Of a stretch of DNA of 64,000 nucleotides, positions 30,068-40,641 are shown one piece after another. Location of the stretch: the NCBI GenBank assembly GCA_018063165.1, contig JAGOQU010000005.1, positions 1,674-65,673 of the forward strand. Direction: 5' to 3'. The stretch's first letter is position 1. Every line of letters starts with the position of its first letter. Below the pieces are notes generated by a model. The model was not told the DNA's origin. It ran no database searches and saw only the letters and a program-made list of their open reading frames with translations. Source of the stretch: Minisyncoccota bacterium (GTDB lineage Bacteria > Patescibacteriota > Minisyncoccia > Phycocordibacterales > UBA5272). A program made the translations under genes and the position numbers.

Positions 30068-30817
30068 TTATGCTCTAGGATGCAAGATATCACTAAACTT
30101 CATTGTTCTAATAACACCATTAGAACGTCTAAAGGAAACAGTTGCAGTTATTTCTAAATCATCTTGATATAATTCAAGATTTACAGGAGCAATAGGTACA
30201 ATATTCTCGTCGATTGTCGGTATTGATGTAATAAATATTTTTCGGGTATAGCTCGTCCTTCTTATATCTCTTGGTGTATCATTAAGTCGAATATCGTCAC
30301 TTTCTACACCACTACAAATATAATAATTCCTAACATCGTCATCATCTGCACCTAAAAAACCACGAAATATAGAAATATAAGGACATTCTGTACCAGTTGG
30401 CTCATATTTTGTAATAGAAGAAGGATTTATCATATCAAGAAAATCATATGAACAACCTTCATTATCAAAACAAGAAGGACCTGACGAAACATCACTTAAT
30501 CTTTCTTTTAATATTCTCCATGCTTTGTTTCCAGGAGATTCCCCAATCTCTGTAGCGATATCGCTACAAGGAGCAACATCATTAATACACGCTATATAAA
30601 GAGAATCATATTGAAAATGTATCAACTCAAAAGACTCTTGTGTTAAATACATAGTTGTAATAATATCTTTTGTTTGACGTGCAACAGCTGAAGCGTTAAC
30701 AGAAAATGTAAGCGGTCCCAAAATAACCAAAGTAACAATAGAAAAAGAAGTAAGAACTTCAAGAAGAGTGAAGGCTTGTATTTTTTTGTATGTTCGTTGT
30801 AGAAAAAATAAATGCAT
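30068..30817 (-). CDS. minor pilin / pseudopilin
   Basis: AFTLLEVLTSFSIVTLVIL prepilin-type N-terminal motif. Confidence 0.55.
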   Translation of the reverse strand: MHLFFLQRTYKKIQAFTLLEVLTSFSIVTLVILGPLTFSVNASAVARQTKDIITTMYLTQESFELIHFQYDSLYIACINDVAPCSDIATEIGESPGNKAWRILKERLSDVSSGPSCFDNEGCSYDFLDMINPSSITKYEPTGTECPYISIFRGFLGADDDDVRNYYICSGVESDDIRLNDTPRDIRRTSYTRKIFITSIPTIDENIVPIAPVNLELYQDDLEITATVSFRRSNGVIRTMKFSDILHPRA

Positions 30818-30823
30818 ATAGTT

Positions 30824-31525
30824 TTAATTATCAAGAAAACGAGATGATATACTTGTTTGCACTATAAATGGAGTCGTTGTTGATCCATCACTTAAAGGAA
30901 TTGTTTCTCCTGAAATAATCAACGATATAAGTGGTTGTATGTAATCGTTACTTCCTGGTATATCAATATTTAATAAAGTATCTTTTGTCAAAACAGTACT
31001 ACTAGCACCTGAAACATAAAACACAAGTGAGCTAATTTTTACGTCATTTGCAGTAACTTGATAAATACTTCTAACACCATTAGTATATTCTTCTTTTAAA
31101 ATAACATTACCAGCTGAAGTTGTTGATGCATAGTAAGCAACCCTGTCATTAACATTAACAGCGTCAACAGCTTTAAAAATAAGAACCTTTCCTCCATGAT
31201 TCATTCCTTCAGTTCCATAACTACAATTTCTTCTGTTTTGTACATATAAAACATAGTCGGCCCAAATACTTCTATTTAATGGTAGTGTGTCTAAACAATA
31301 AAATTTTGAACCATAACGAATATCTCTCGTAATTGTTTCTAAAGAAACACTCACATTATTAAGTACTGATTGAGATTCTTGCATTTTTACGTTAATTGCC
31401 TGCGTAGAATAAAGCACTCCAGTAGAAAGTGTCATAATAAAAGAAAAAAGCCCAAGAACTACAAGCATTTCAACAAGAGTGAATCCTTTTTTTATTTCAA
31501 CCTGTATATGCTTATAGTGTGTCAT
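30824..31525 (-). CDS. minor pilin / pseudopilin
   Basis: KKGFTLVEMLVVLGLFSFIM prepilin cleavage/methylation motif. Confidence 0.6.
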   Translation of the reverse strand: MTHYKHIQVEIKKGFTLVEMLVVLGLFSFIMTLSTGVLYSTQAINVKMQESQSVLNNVSVSLETITRDIRYGSKFYCLDTLPLNRSIWADYVLYVQNRRNCSYGTEGMNHGGKVLIFKAVDAVNVNDRVAYYASTTSAGNVILKEEYTNGVRSIYQVTANDVKISSLVFYVSGASSTVLTKDTLLNIDIPGSNDYIQPLISLIISGETIPLSDGSTTTPFIVQTSISSRFLDN

Positions 31526-31530
31526 ATTTT

Positions 31531-33285
31531 TTAATTACAAGGTTTTGTTGTTGTTGTTACAACACCAGAATGAAATACATGAACTGAACGAATATGGCCA
31601 AATGTTGGCGCCTTAAAAGAATTAAGCTCTATACAAGCATTTGAATATTCTTTAACTGTATCATTATTTATATAAATGTGAGCTGTTTGACTTGGTCGTA
31701 TAAAAGAAATAGTTAAAGTCTCAATAGGAATATTAGGAACACCGTCAACAAAACCACACATAAGACTTCCACCATTATCAGCTACACATAATTTTTTGAA
31801 AGTAAAACCATCTTTTAAAGTGATTACATCTTTTTCTTCATCCCCAGTTAATTGATTTGAGGTAAAAAGTCCATCCCCGATAGAAAAACCAGCACTGTTC
31901 TTAATCTCGCTACTACTAGTCTCATCATTTGCTGTTGCTCCTTTATCTACATATACAGAGCCAAGAGGAATTGTTACAATAGAAGGTCCGTTAATTGTAA
32001 TAGTAGGAGCTACAGTATCTTCTATATAATTATTGTAAACAGGAATCACTTTAATAATTCTTTGTTTAGTTTCTAAAGCACTATTACCCGCTTTGTCTGT
32101 TGCACCATACGTGATAACATATGTACCTACAGTATTGGTATCGACAAAACCAGTAGATGTTGCTACAAAAGCACCATCAACATCATCATTAGCGGTAGAT
32201 CCTTGCTCAATATAATCTTTACCAAGAGGGATTGTTCTTGAAGGAGAACCATTAACAGTAATAGTTGGGCCTACAGTATCAGGCAATATAGGAATAGGAG
32301 TATTAACAACAGTGACCGTTCTTTTTATGCCATTATTGCTAGCAGGATTATCAGCCATATCACTTCCAGAATAAGCAACTTCATATACGCCAACTACAGA
32401 CGTATTAACCGTAGAGACACCGTCAATTTGTTTTGCGCCATCAACATCATCATTAAGTGTTGCTCTCTTATCTGTGTATGTACTATTTTTATAAATAGTA
32501 AGCGAAGATGATCCGTTGACAGAAATAACAGGACTAACTACATCATTGCCTGTTACCCCTTCAAGCACATCTACTACATAGACTTTTCTTTCTACATCAT
32601 TAGCGTCGTGGCCAGCTACATCTTTTGCTGAATATACGATAGTGTATGTTCCTGTTGCATTTATATTTACACTGCCACTTATTGTTCCACTTTCCGATAC
32701 TAAACTAGGTGCATCAACATCATCTGAGACCATGGCATCTTGTTCTGTGTATACACTACCAATTACAATAGATTGTGATGCTGGACCTATTAATCTAATA
32801 ACAGGTTTAACTAAATCTACTTCTGCCGGTGGTGCCACCATATTAGGATCAACAATAACCGTTCTTGTCATTGTTCCTGAAACATTACCAGATGCATCCC
32901 TTGCTTGATATACAACATAATGAGGACCTTCGATACTGGTATCAATTATGTCCGAATTTAAAAGCACTTCTGCAGGAAAAGATGACTGTATTACATTGTC
33001 ACTACTATCACTAAAAAGAGTTACTATATTACTATCATGGGAAAAAGTTACTCCGTAACCTCCGATAGAACCATTATCTGATGCCACAGCACTTCCTTTC
33101 ATTTGAGCTTCACGGATAAGTAACGCAACATCATGTGTATTATTTAATAAATTTAGTCTTATTGTAGAATCTGGATAGTTAGCAAGAAGAAGTCCAGTAG
33201 ATACAGACATGATGAAAAGCGCTACCATGAGCTCTATAAGAGTAAAACCTCTAAAAGATTTTTTATGTAACAAAGATATTCTCAT
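31531..33285 (-). CDS. large pseudopilin with tandem repeat domains (adhesin-like)
   Basis: RGFTLIELMVALFIMSVSTG prepilin motif, then ~550 aa with recurring ...ANDDVDGAF / LNDDVDGAKQ / VSDDVDAPSL beta-rich repeats. Confidence 0.55.
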   Translation of the reverse strand: MRISLLHKKSFRGFTLIELMVALFIMSVSTGLLLANYPDSTIRLNLLNNTHDVALLIREAQMKGSAVASDNGSIGGYGVTFSHDSNIVTLFSDSSDNVIQSSFPAEVLLNSDIIDTSIEGPHYVVYQARDASGNVSGTMTRTVIVDPNMVAPPAEVDLVKPVIRLIGPASQSIVIGSVYTEQDAMVSDDVDAPSLVSESGTISGSVNINATGTYTIVYSAKDVAGHDANDVERKVYVVDVLEGVTGNDVVSPVISVNGSSSLTIYKNSTYTDKRATLNDDVDGAKQIDGVSTVNTSVVGVYEVAYSGSDMADNPASNNGIKRTVTVVNTPIPILPDTVGPTITVNGSPSRTIPLGKDYIEQGSTANDDVDGAFVATSTGFVDTNTVGTYVITYGATDKAGNSALETKQRIIKVIPVYNNYIEDTVAPTITINGPSIVTIPLGSVYVDKGATANDETSSSEIKNSAGFSIGDGLFTSNQLTGDEEKDVITLKDGFTFKKLCVADNGGSLMCGFVDGVPNIPIETLTISFIRPSQTAHIYINNDTVKEYSNACIELNSFKAPTFGHIRSVHVFHSGVVTTTTKPCN

Positions 33286-33372
33286 TACTATAATAATACC
33301 ATGCAATAGACCTCTATCCTTCACAAAATATATTATAAGTGTGAACAGTGAACATCTATTACCCGAAACTAT

Positions 33373-34152
33373 TTATCTAGCAAAAACAGACACAATAGAA
33401 AACAAATCTATATCAAAAAATAATACAAATAAAAACGCAAACACGATAAACGGCACAAAAGGAATAGCAATACCTACTTTTCCTTTTTGAGATGATATAT
33501 ATTTGATATATAAACCAAATAATGCACCTGACCAGATAGAGATAAGTAGTACAGCAATACCTTGACTTACTCCAAAAAACGCACCAACACCTAAGAATAA
33601 AAGCACATCACCAAAACCAAGTCCTTTTCCTTTAGTAATAAGCCAAATAATTAGAAAAGGTAAAGCCACAAGTAACGGAGCGAGTAAAAAGATAAGAATC
33701 GGTTCTCCGTTATATCTAACAAAAAACATAACAAGAGTCAGTAATGCATATACATACAAGAAAGACATGGGTATATATGTGTGCGCTTTATCATAGAGAG
33801 CTATAACACCCAGTGTACCAAATAATAATGTGTAATACAGAAGATACAAAAAAGAAAATAAAAGTGTCGACTGTCCAGCTAATACAAAGTGATACAGCGC
33901 AACAAACACAAAACCAAAAATACTTTCTACAACAAGAGATGAGTACCCGAAAGTAGACTTACAATAACGACACCTTCCTTTCAAAGTAAGACAGGAAACT
34001 ACCGGAATAAGATCAGAAATGCGAAGTGCCTCTCCGCAGGAGAGGCACTTACTTCTCCCCTTCATAATAGGTGCAACATGAAGCCTCGTAGCAATTACTT
34101 GTACAAAACTCCCTATTGAAGCACCAAAAATGAAAGAAAGAATTGAGAACAC
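33373..34152 (-). CDS. pilD: prepilin peptidase (A24 family)
   Basis: N-terminal CLSCGEALRISDLIPVVSCL...RCRYCKS zinc-binding tetracysteine. Polytopic membrane protein. Confidence 0.8.
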   Translation of the reverse strand: MFSILSFIFGASIGSFVQVIATRLHVAPIMKGRSKCLSCGEALRISDLIPVVSCLTLKGRCRYCKSTFGYSSLVVESIFGFVFVALYHFVLAGQSTLLFSFLYLLYYTLLFGTLGVIALYDKAHTYIPMSFLYVYALLTLVMFFVRYNGEPILIFLLAPLLVALPFLIIWLITKGKGLGFGDVLLFLGVGAFFGVSQGIAVLLISIWSGALFGLYIKYISSQKGKVGIAIPFVPFIVFAFLFVLFFDIDLFSIVSVFAR

Positions 34153-34169
34153 ATTAACAATATTTTAGA

Positions 34170-34889
34170 TTACTTAGGGTTAACATCAAAAATACATGTA
34201 ATCAGAGAAGATGAACAAACTCCAGCAAGACCTTCTTGTGTACCAGCTCCTCCAAAATCAGAACTTGAAGCAGTAATCGCTGCCTGATTTCCAGCACTAG
34301 CAGTTCCCCAGTTAGAAAATGCCAAGAAACCACCGGATATGGAACCACAAGCAGGACCAGCGATATTAGCCGGAGGATTAGCTCCTGTACCAGCTTCAAG
34401 TACAGCAAGCGGTGCAGTAGTATCTATCTCTGCCCATGCCGTTGTTGAATCAACCTTACCTATAACAGTAGCAGCTCCACCACTTCTTACACCACAGTCA
34501 GAATCTCCTTGCAGAGAAGCGTTCTGATTCTCAAGAGCAACTCCCAAGTGATAATTTACTATATTTCCTTGAGCATCAGCAAAAGTAACATACATAAATC
34601 TATCTCGAGTAGCACTTGTTGAAAGCATTTTTGCATCTGTCTTCATATAAGTTGGATCAAGATAATTTAAATAACTAGGATATTCTCCATTATTATCACC
34701 AGCAAATTGAATAAGAGCACCTTGAACCTGTGATAAATCAGAAATCTTACGTGTATCACGTCCTTTCTTGAGACCTGTTTGTACTGGCCCCATAATAGCA
34801 GTAGAAAGAAGACCGATAATAGCAATAACCACGAGAAGCTCGATAAGGGTAAAACCTCGTAAACTTGTTTTTGTAAATGTATTTGACAT
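34170..34889 (-). CDS. pilA: type IV major pilin
   Basis: LRGFTLIELLVVIAIIGLLSTAIMGPV class III signal/N-methylation motif. 239 aa with a Gly/Ala-rich C-terminal region. Confidence 0.8.
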   Translation of the reverse strand: MSNTFTKTSLRGFTLIELLVVIAIIGLLSTAIMGPVQTGLKKGRDTRKISDLSQVQGALIQFAGDNNGEYPSYLNYLDPTYMKTDAKMLSTSATRDRFMYVTFADAQGNIVNYHLGVALENQNASLQGDSDCGVRSGGAATVIGKVDSTTAWAEIDTTAPLAVLEAGTGANPPANIAGPACGSISGGFLAFSNWGTASAGNQAAITASSSDFGGAGTQEGLAGVCSSSLITCIFDVNPK

Positions 34890-35082
34890 AAATTATTTTC
34901 TATCTTTTGTAGATTATTTTAGTATATACCTTTTGAATTTAAAAAAGCAACTTTTATTAAAAAAAGTGTGGATAACCTACATATTTCATCTAGTCTTTGT
35001 TTATGCATACTTTTACATATAGAATAAATGATATACACATTTATTACTATTTGTACAAAGAGCTAGTGTTATACTCTGTAAT

Positions 35083-35580
35083 ATGTATAAATATCTTATT
35101 GTTCTTATCGCTCTTATGTTTATTGTTTCTGGTGGGTATTATATGAATCTAGCTGGTGGAGGTATGCTTGGTAATATTTTTACAGGAAATATCACCACAC
35201 AAGACACACTTGTGCCACTTGTCGTAGAAGATATTCCTGGAGTGTATACATGTAATTCTATTTCGACATGCAAAAATCTATACACTCTTATCTTAAGAGA
35301 AGATAATACTACAGAGCTACAAATAACACAAAAAGATAGCCTTAATGATAGTGATACTCCTGAAGAAATACAAATTTTCTCTGTTACAGAAAAAGGTGTA
35401 TGGCATATTGACGTAAAAAATATACTTGTTATCACTCTCACAGAAAAGGAAAGCGAGAACTATGACGTTCCTCAAAAAATAGTTATAAGCAATGTAAGAA
35501 AAAAGATTCTTTCAAAAATATCATATACAAAAAGTAATTACACAGATGTTTCTACTATGATTTTTATTAAGCAAGAATAA
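35083..35580 (+). CDS. hypothetical secreted/membrane-anchored protein
   Basis: N-terminal hydrophobic helix. 165 aa. Confidence 0.4.
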   Translation: MYKYLIVLIALMFIVSGGYYMNLAGGGMLGNIFTGNITTQDTLVPLVVEDIPGVYTCNSISTCKNLYTLILREDNTTELQITQKDSLNDSDTPEEIQIFSVTEKGVWHIDVKNILVITLTEKESENYDVPQKIVISNVRKKILSKISYTKSNYTDVSTMIFIKQE

Positions 35581-35644
35581 TTATATACAAAAAAATAAAC
35601 CTTACTTTTTGTAAGGTTAATTTTTTAAAATGTCTCCCATTCTC

Positions 35645-36862
35645 CTACCCTATTTGTGACGACATAGAATACATAGGAAGTAACACTGCAGATACAAGTA
35701 CGCCTACACCAAGACCTAGGGATACAATCATGGCTGGCTCGATAAGACCAATCATGGTATCTATTGTTGTCTCAAGTTCTCGACGATAGAATTCTGCCAA
35801 ATTCTTTAAAATATACCCTAATTCTCCTGTTTCTTCTCCGATATGTACCATTTGAACTAGAATATTTGGCACAAGAGGTTCCTCATAAAGAGATTTTGAC
35901 AGTGACTTACCTACCTGAACTTTTTGAGACACTCTTTGAGCTACTTGTTTATATACTCTATTTTCAATAATTGAAGCTGTAATATCGAGGGCTTTTACAA
36001 TAGGTACACCATTTGAAAGCATAGTGTTCATGTTGTCAGCAAAACGTTGCAAAAAAATTCTCTGCTGCAACGTTTTAAGAACAGGAACTTTTGTACTAAA
36101 ATCGTCAAGTGTTGTGGCACCATCTTCTGTTTTTGACCATTTATAGAAAATAAAAGCAAGCACAGCAATAGTCGGAAAAGAAACAGCCCAATATTTTACG
36201 AAAAGATTAGAAATAAACACAACAACAACTGTTACCGTAGGAAGCTTTGCTTCTGATTCGGCAAAAAGTGCTGTCATCTTAGGAATAACAAATGTAAGCA
36301 TACCTATCATAATCACAAAGAAAGTACCAATAACGAATGCTGGATATGTAAGTGCTTTCTTTATTTTTTGACTCATTTCATACTCTCTATCAAGATAATC
36401 AGCCAAGAAAAGGAACACTTCATTTAGTTTTCCACTTTCCTCACCAGCTTTAACCATGTTAACGTAAAAATTAGAGAAGAGTTCAGGACGTCTTGAAAGA
36501 GCTTCTGAAAGAGAGACACCTCCTTCTATATCATCAGAAACACCAATCAACTGTTCCTGTAATGTTTCGTTTTCATTTTCTTGAGCAAGTAATCTAAAAG
36601 CTTTAAGCGCAGACACTCCAGCCTGAAACAACGTAGCAACCTGACGAGAAAAAACAACAATATCTTTTGTGGTTATTTTTTTCTTAAATAATTTTATATT
36701 TCCAAAAATATCATCATTCTCCTCATTATTTTTTTCTACTATACTTACTACGGTAATACCTTTTTTTTGTAATAGTGAAATAGCATTATCAAGAGACATT
36801 CCTTCAATGTCACCTTCTATTGTTTTTCCATCTTGTGCTAACGAGGTGTAATGATAAAGCAT
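35645..36862 (-). CDS. pilC: type IV pilus platform protein (GspF/PilC family)
   Basis: Two T2SF repeats, three TM helices. 405 aa. Confidence 0.85.
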   Translation of the reverse strand: MLYHYTSLAQDGKTIEGDIEGMSLDNAISLLQKKGITVVSIVEKNNEENDDIFGNIKLFKKKITTKDIVVFSRQVATLFQAGVSALKAFRLLAQENENETLQEQLIGVSDDIEGGVSLSEALSRRPELFSNFYVNMVKAGEESGKLNEVFLFLADYLDREYEMSQKIKKALTYPAFVIGTFFVIMIGMLTFVIPKMTALFAESEAKLPTVTVVVVFISNLFVKYWAVSFPTIAVLAFIFYKWSKTEDGATTLDDFSTKVPVLKTLQQRIFLQRFADNMNTMLSNGVPIVKALDITASIIENRVYKQVAQRVSQKVQVGKSLSKSLYEEPLVPNILVQMVHIGEETGELGYILKNLAEFYRRELETTIDTMIGLIEPAMIVSLGLGVGVLVSAVLLPMYSMSSQIG

Positions 36863-36879
36863 ATATACTATAGCTATTT

Positions 36880-37938
36880 TTAAATAAGTCTTTCAAACAA
36901 ACCTTTTCTACGTGCAAAAGAATATGCAATATCACGAGCAACTTGACCAGACCTTACAAGCTCTGCTAAATATCTATCTAAATCTATCATCCCCTCCTGT
37001 GATCCTGTTTCTATAAGTACATCAATTTCATGTGTTCTTCTTTCTCGTATTAAATTGGAAACAGCATTAGTATTAAGAAGAAGTTCAAACGCAGGAACAA
37101 GACCACCTGATATAGAAGGTATAAGTCGTTGTGATAAAACACCTAGCAATGATGAAGCAAGTTGAAGGCGTATCTGATCTTGCTGATCACCTGGGAATGT
37201 ATCTATAATACGATCAATTGTCTGTGCTGCTGAGTTAGTGTGAAGTGTAGAGAGTACAAGATGACCAGTTTCTGCTGCGGTAACAGCTGCAGAAATAGTC
37301 TCTCTCCCTCTCATTTCTCCTATCATAATAACATCTGCGTCTTGGCGGAATATATGAATAAGAGCTGTATTAAAATCTGCAGTATCAACACCTACTTCTC
37401 GTTGTTCTATAAGAGATTTTCCATTATCAAATCTAAATTCTATAGGGTCTTCAATTGTTACCACATGACGTTTTGATTCTGTGTTAATCATTTCTATCAT
37501 TGCAGCTAACGTTGTTGATTTTCCTTGACCTACAGGCCCAACAACCAAAAAGAAACCCTGTCTTTCTCGTGATATCTGTGCTATTTGTTCAGGCAACTTC
37601 AAATCTGCCATACTTTTTACTTTTGGAATAAGACGAAGTGCTATAGTAATAACTCCACGCTGAAAAGAAGCATTGCCTCGAAGGCGATATTCTCTTCGGT
37701 GCTGATACGAAAAATCAAGTTCTTGTGTCACAACAAAATTAGTAAGTGTTTTTTCTCCAACCATTTGACGCAAAAAACCGAGTGTATCTTCTGCGGTGAG
37801 TTCTTTTTTTCTTGTAAGAGGTATCAAATCACGATTAATACGCACCGTTGGAAATGATCCAACGTTAAGATGAAGATCTGAACCCGCTTCTTTTACGAGT
37901 GTCATAATTAAGTCATCAAGTTCTACTTCATAATTCAT
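36880..37938 (-). CDS. pilT: twitching motility ATPase PilT
   Basis: Walker A GPVGQGKSTT, Asp box, Walker B and His box of PilT/GspE ATPases. ~352 aa. Confidence 0.85.
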   Translation of the reverse strand: MNYEVELDDLIMTLVKEAGSDLHLNVGSFPTVRINRDLIPLTRKKELTAEDTLGFLRQMVGEKTLTNFVVTQELDFSYQHRREYRLRGNASFQRGVITIALRLIPKVKSMADLKLPEQIAQISRERQGFFLVVGPVGQGKSTTLAAMIEMINTESKRHVVTIEDPIEFRFDNGKSLIEQREVGVDTADFNTALIHIFRQDADVIMIGEMRGRETISAAVTAAETGHLVLSTLHTNSAAQTIDRIIDTFPGDQQDQIRLQLASSLLGVLSQRLIPSISGGLVPAFELLLNTNAVSNLIRERRTHEIDVLIETGSQEGMIDLDRYLAELVRSGQVARDIAYSFARRKGLFERLI

Positions 37939-37997
37939 ATATGTAAGTATAGCAAGCAATTAGATAAGAGCAATTGTATAAGGTGGATAGAATGTGT

Positions 37998-39752
37998 TTA
38001 TAATTCAGCTAATTCAATAAATGGTATCTTACCAGCAAAACATTTCATCATAGCATCTTCTTTTATCGTAACCATACCATCCTTACGTGCTATTTTCCAT
38101 ATCTCTTCCTCACCTTTACTACGAAGTATTGCTTCTTCTATATCATCAGTTATATTAAGAACTTCAAACACAGGAAGACGCCCCTTCATACCTGACGGGA
38201 ATTGAGCATTTCCTTTTGCTTCATACAACGGTCTTGTTAAATCCATTTTTACTCTAAATTCTTCTGGCATATCTTCAAATTGTCTTGTTACAAGCTCTTT
38301 AAGTGCAGGAGTCATTTCCATAGGAACGCCACATCCTTCTGCTATTTGTCTTGAAAGTCTTTGACCAAGAGCTGCAATAAGCACCGGTGCAATAAGATAA
38401 TGTTCTACACCCATATCAAGAAGACGTGTAACAACCCCCACTGATGTGTTGGTGTGTATTGTAGAAAACACTAGATGTCCAGTAAGAGCAGCTTGAATAG
38501 CAAGTCCAGCCGTCTCGCCATCACGAATTTCTCCCACCATGATAATATCAGGATCTTGACGAAGTATAGAACGAAGGCCAGATGCGAATGTATATCCGAT
38601 ATCTGGAAACACCTGAGACTGATTCATACCACCTATATTGTACTCTACTGGATCTTCAAGAGACACAACATTCTTATGATCTCTATCTAGTTCATTTAAC
38701 ATAGAATAAAGTGTTGTGGTCTTTCCTGATCCAGTAGGACCAGAAATAAGTACCATTCCATATGGTGCACCTAATGCATTTCGCACATGTTTCATTTGAA
38801 GTTCAGAAAAACCAAGATCATCTAATTTTCTAACACCTCGTATACTATCTAGAATACGAATCACGATCTTTTCTCCATAATACCCAGGAAATGATGACAC
38901 ACGGTAATCAATCTTTCTATCTCCAAACTTAGTACTAAAACGACCATCTTGAGGTTTTCGTTTTTCGTCTAATTTCATTGCACATAAAATCTTAACACGA
39001 GCAATAACCATGGGGTGCATTTTGTTTGGTAATGCTGCAATCTCTTCTAGACGCCCATCCATACGCACACGTATACGTACATTAAGACCAACATGTTCTA
39101 TATGTATATCACTGGCATTATTATCAATAGCGTAACGAAGTATCACACTAAATATTTCAGGTATTGGCAACTTTGCAAGATTTTTATCAAGTGTAGCTGT
39201 AGTATTATCAAGGTCAAGATCTTCATCAGAAATTTCATCACTTTCTTTGTCGACATCTTCTTTTGCTATATACGAAATATCCGCCTGATCAACTTGAGTA
39301 GTAACACTTACTTCTTTTTCTGCTATAGCTTCACCATCTTTTATACCAAAATGACGCTTGTATGCTTCGTAGGTAATAAGATACACCTTATATGCCTGAT
39401 GGGTAGATCCAAATAAAAATTGAAGACTATCTAAAACATTTGCACGTTCAGGATCAACCACCCCAATAAAAAGAACACCGTCTTTCATCTCAAGAGGAAC
39501 CACAAGAAGCTGTTTTGATTGAACTATACTAATAAATGACGTTAATTCTTTATTTTCCACAACCTCCTTTGTATAAATAGGTATACCGTGTAAGATACTT
39601 CTCACCTCTGTAACCTCATCATTGGTAATGTGTTTCTTCAATAGAAAATCATCTACAAGAAATTCATCATGTAGAGAAGCATCAGCATCGATTTCTTTTG
39701 CTTCAATGTCAGTTAGTTTATTTTGACTAACAAATAAGTCTAGGAGAAGCAT
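37998..39752 (-). CDS. pilB: type IV pilus assembly ATPase PilB (GspE family)
   Basis: N-terminal GSPII domains then Walker A GPTGSGKTTT and the rest of the secretion ATPase core. 584 aa. Confidence 0.9.
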   Translation of the reverse strand: MLLLDLFVSQNKLTDIEAKEIDADASLHDEFLVDDFLLKKHITNDEVTEVRSILHGIPIYTKEVVENKELTSFISIVQSKQLLVVPLEMKDGVLFIGVVDPERANVLDSLQFLFGSTHQAYKVYLITYEAYKRHFGIKDGEAIAEKEVSVTTQVDQADISYIAKEDVDKESDEISDEDLDLDNTTATLDKNLAKLPIPEIFSVILRYAIDNNASDIHIEHVGLNVRIRVRMDGRLEEIAALPNKMHPMVIARVKILCAMKLDEKRKPQDGRFSTKFGDRKIDYRVSSFPGYYGEKIVIRILDSIRGVRKLDDLGFSELQMKHVRNALGAPYGMVLISGPTGSGKTTTLYSMLNELDRDHKNVVSLEDPVEYNIGGMNQSQVFPDIGYTFASGLRSILRQDPDIIMVGEIRDGETAGLAIQAALTGHLVFSTIHTNTSVGVVTRLLDMGVEHYLIAPVLIAALGQRLSRQIAEGCGVPMEMTPALKELVTRQFEDMPEEFRVKMDLTRPLYEAKGNAQFPSGMKGRLPVFEVLNITDDIEEAILRSKGEEEIWKIARKDGMVTIKEDAMMKCFAGKIPFIELAEL

Positions 39753-39767
39753 ACGAAGATAGAAAAG

Positions 39768-40085
39768 TTATGGCATCCAAAAAGGATTAGGTCTACCAGT
39801 TGGGTCTATTGTTGGTATTTCTACTGTATGATCCACAAGCTCTTCATAAAAATGCTTTTTCAAAAAAGCTGTATCTTTTTCTTGTATTTTAATTTTATCT
39901 TTCATGCCATAAAACTCTTTTAAGTCTTTATTGGTTAAAAGACTAACATTGATACCGGCAGTTTTATCAACAGAATCTAACTCTTTTTTTAAATTATAAA
40001 AGGCATATCCACCAAACACCATAAGTGAAAGAATAAGAACTACAATAATAATACTATTTTTTTGTGATAATAATTTTTCTTGCAT
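39768..40085 (-). CDS. small TM protein (PilP-like position)
   Basis: Single TM helix. 105 aa, between pilO-like gene and pilB. Confidence 0.35.
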   Translation of the reverse strand: MQEKLLSQKNSIIIVVLILSLMVFGGYAFYNLKKELDSVDKTAGINVSLLTNKDLKEFYGMKDKIKIQEKDTAFLKKHFYEELVDHTVEIPTIDPTGRPNPFWMP

Positions 40086-40088
40086 ACA

Positions 40089-40628
40089 TTATTTCATATA
40101 ATAGGTATTAAGTGATACATTAAACTTAACCTCTTCTTCCTCTGTTTTACCAGGAGAAAAACTAACGGAATCTATTGTAAAAAGACGCATGCTCTTTTCC
40201 CAGACATTCATAATTTTTTTAAAATTAGTATATGTAGTGTTTACACTAAATGAAACAATGTACACACCTTTTTCTTTGTCTTTTATACCCATATTATCTA
40301 TTGGAACACCAGATTCAACACCTATATTTGTAAGTTCACTCATAAGTTTTATATTATCAACTGATGTAGGAACCATAACAAGTATATTCTTTCTATCATT
40401 TTCAGAAATATCACCATATTGTTTTTCTGCCACCTCTGCTTGTTTAATTACTTTTGGTATTTCTTGTAAAATTTTGTCATAATCATTTCGTTTCTTTATA
40501 AGCTCTTTAAATCCTTGGCCTTCTTTAAAAATAAAAGAACTTTTTCCTGAATAAAGTGGATCAACTACGTACATATATAAAAAAACAGACAACGCTATTA
40601 ATAAAATGTTTAAATTTTTTGGTGTCAT
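40089..40628 (-). CDS. pilO: PilO-like pilus assembly protein
   Basis: N-terminal TM, coiled coil, ferredoxin-like C-domain. Position in the pilMNO operon. Confidence 0.5.
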   Translation of the reverse strand: MTPKNLNILLIALSVFLYMYVVDPLYSGKSSFIFKEGQGFKELIKKRNDYDKILQEIPKVIKQAEVAEKQYGDISENDRKNILVMVPTSVDNIKLMSELTNIGVESGVPIDNMGIKDKEKGVYIVSFSVNTTYTNFKKIMNVWEKSMRLFTIDSVSFSPGKTEEEEVKFNVSLNTYYMK

Positions 40629-40641
40629 AATTTTAATATAA

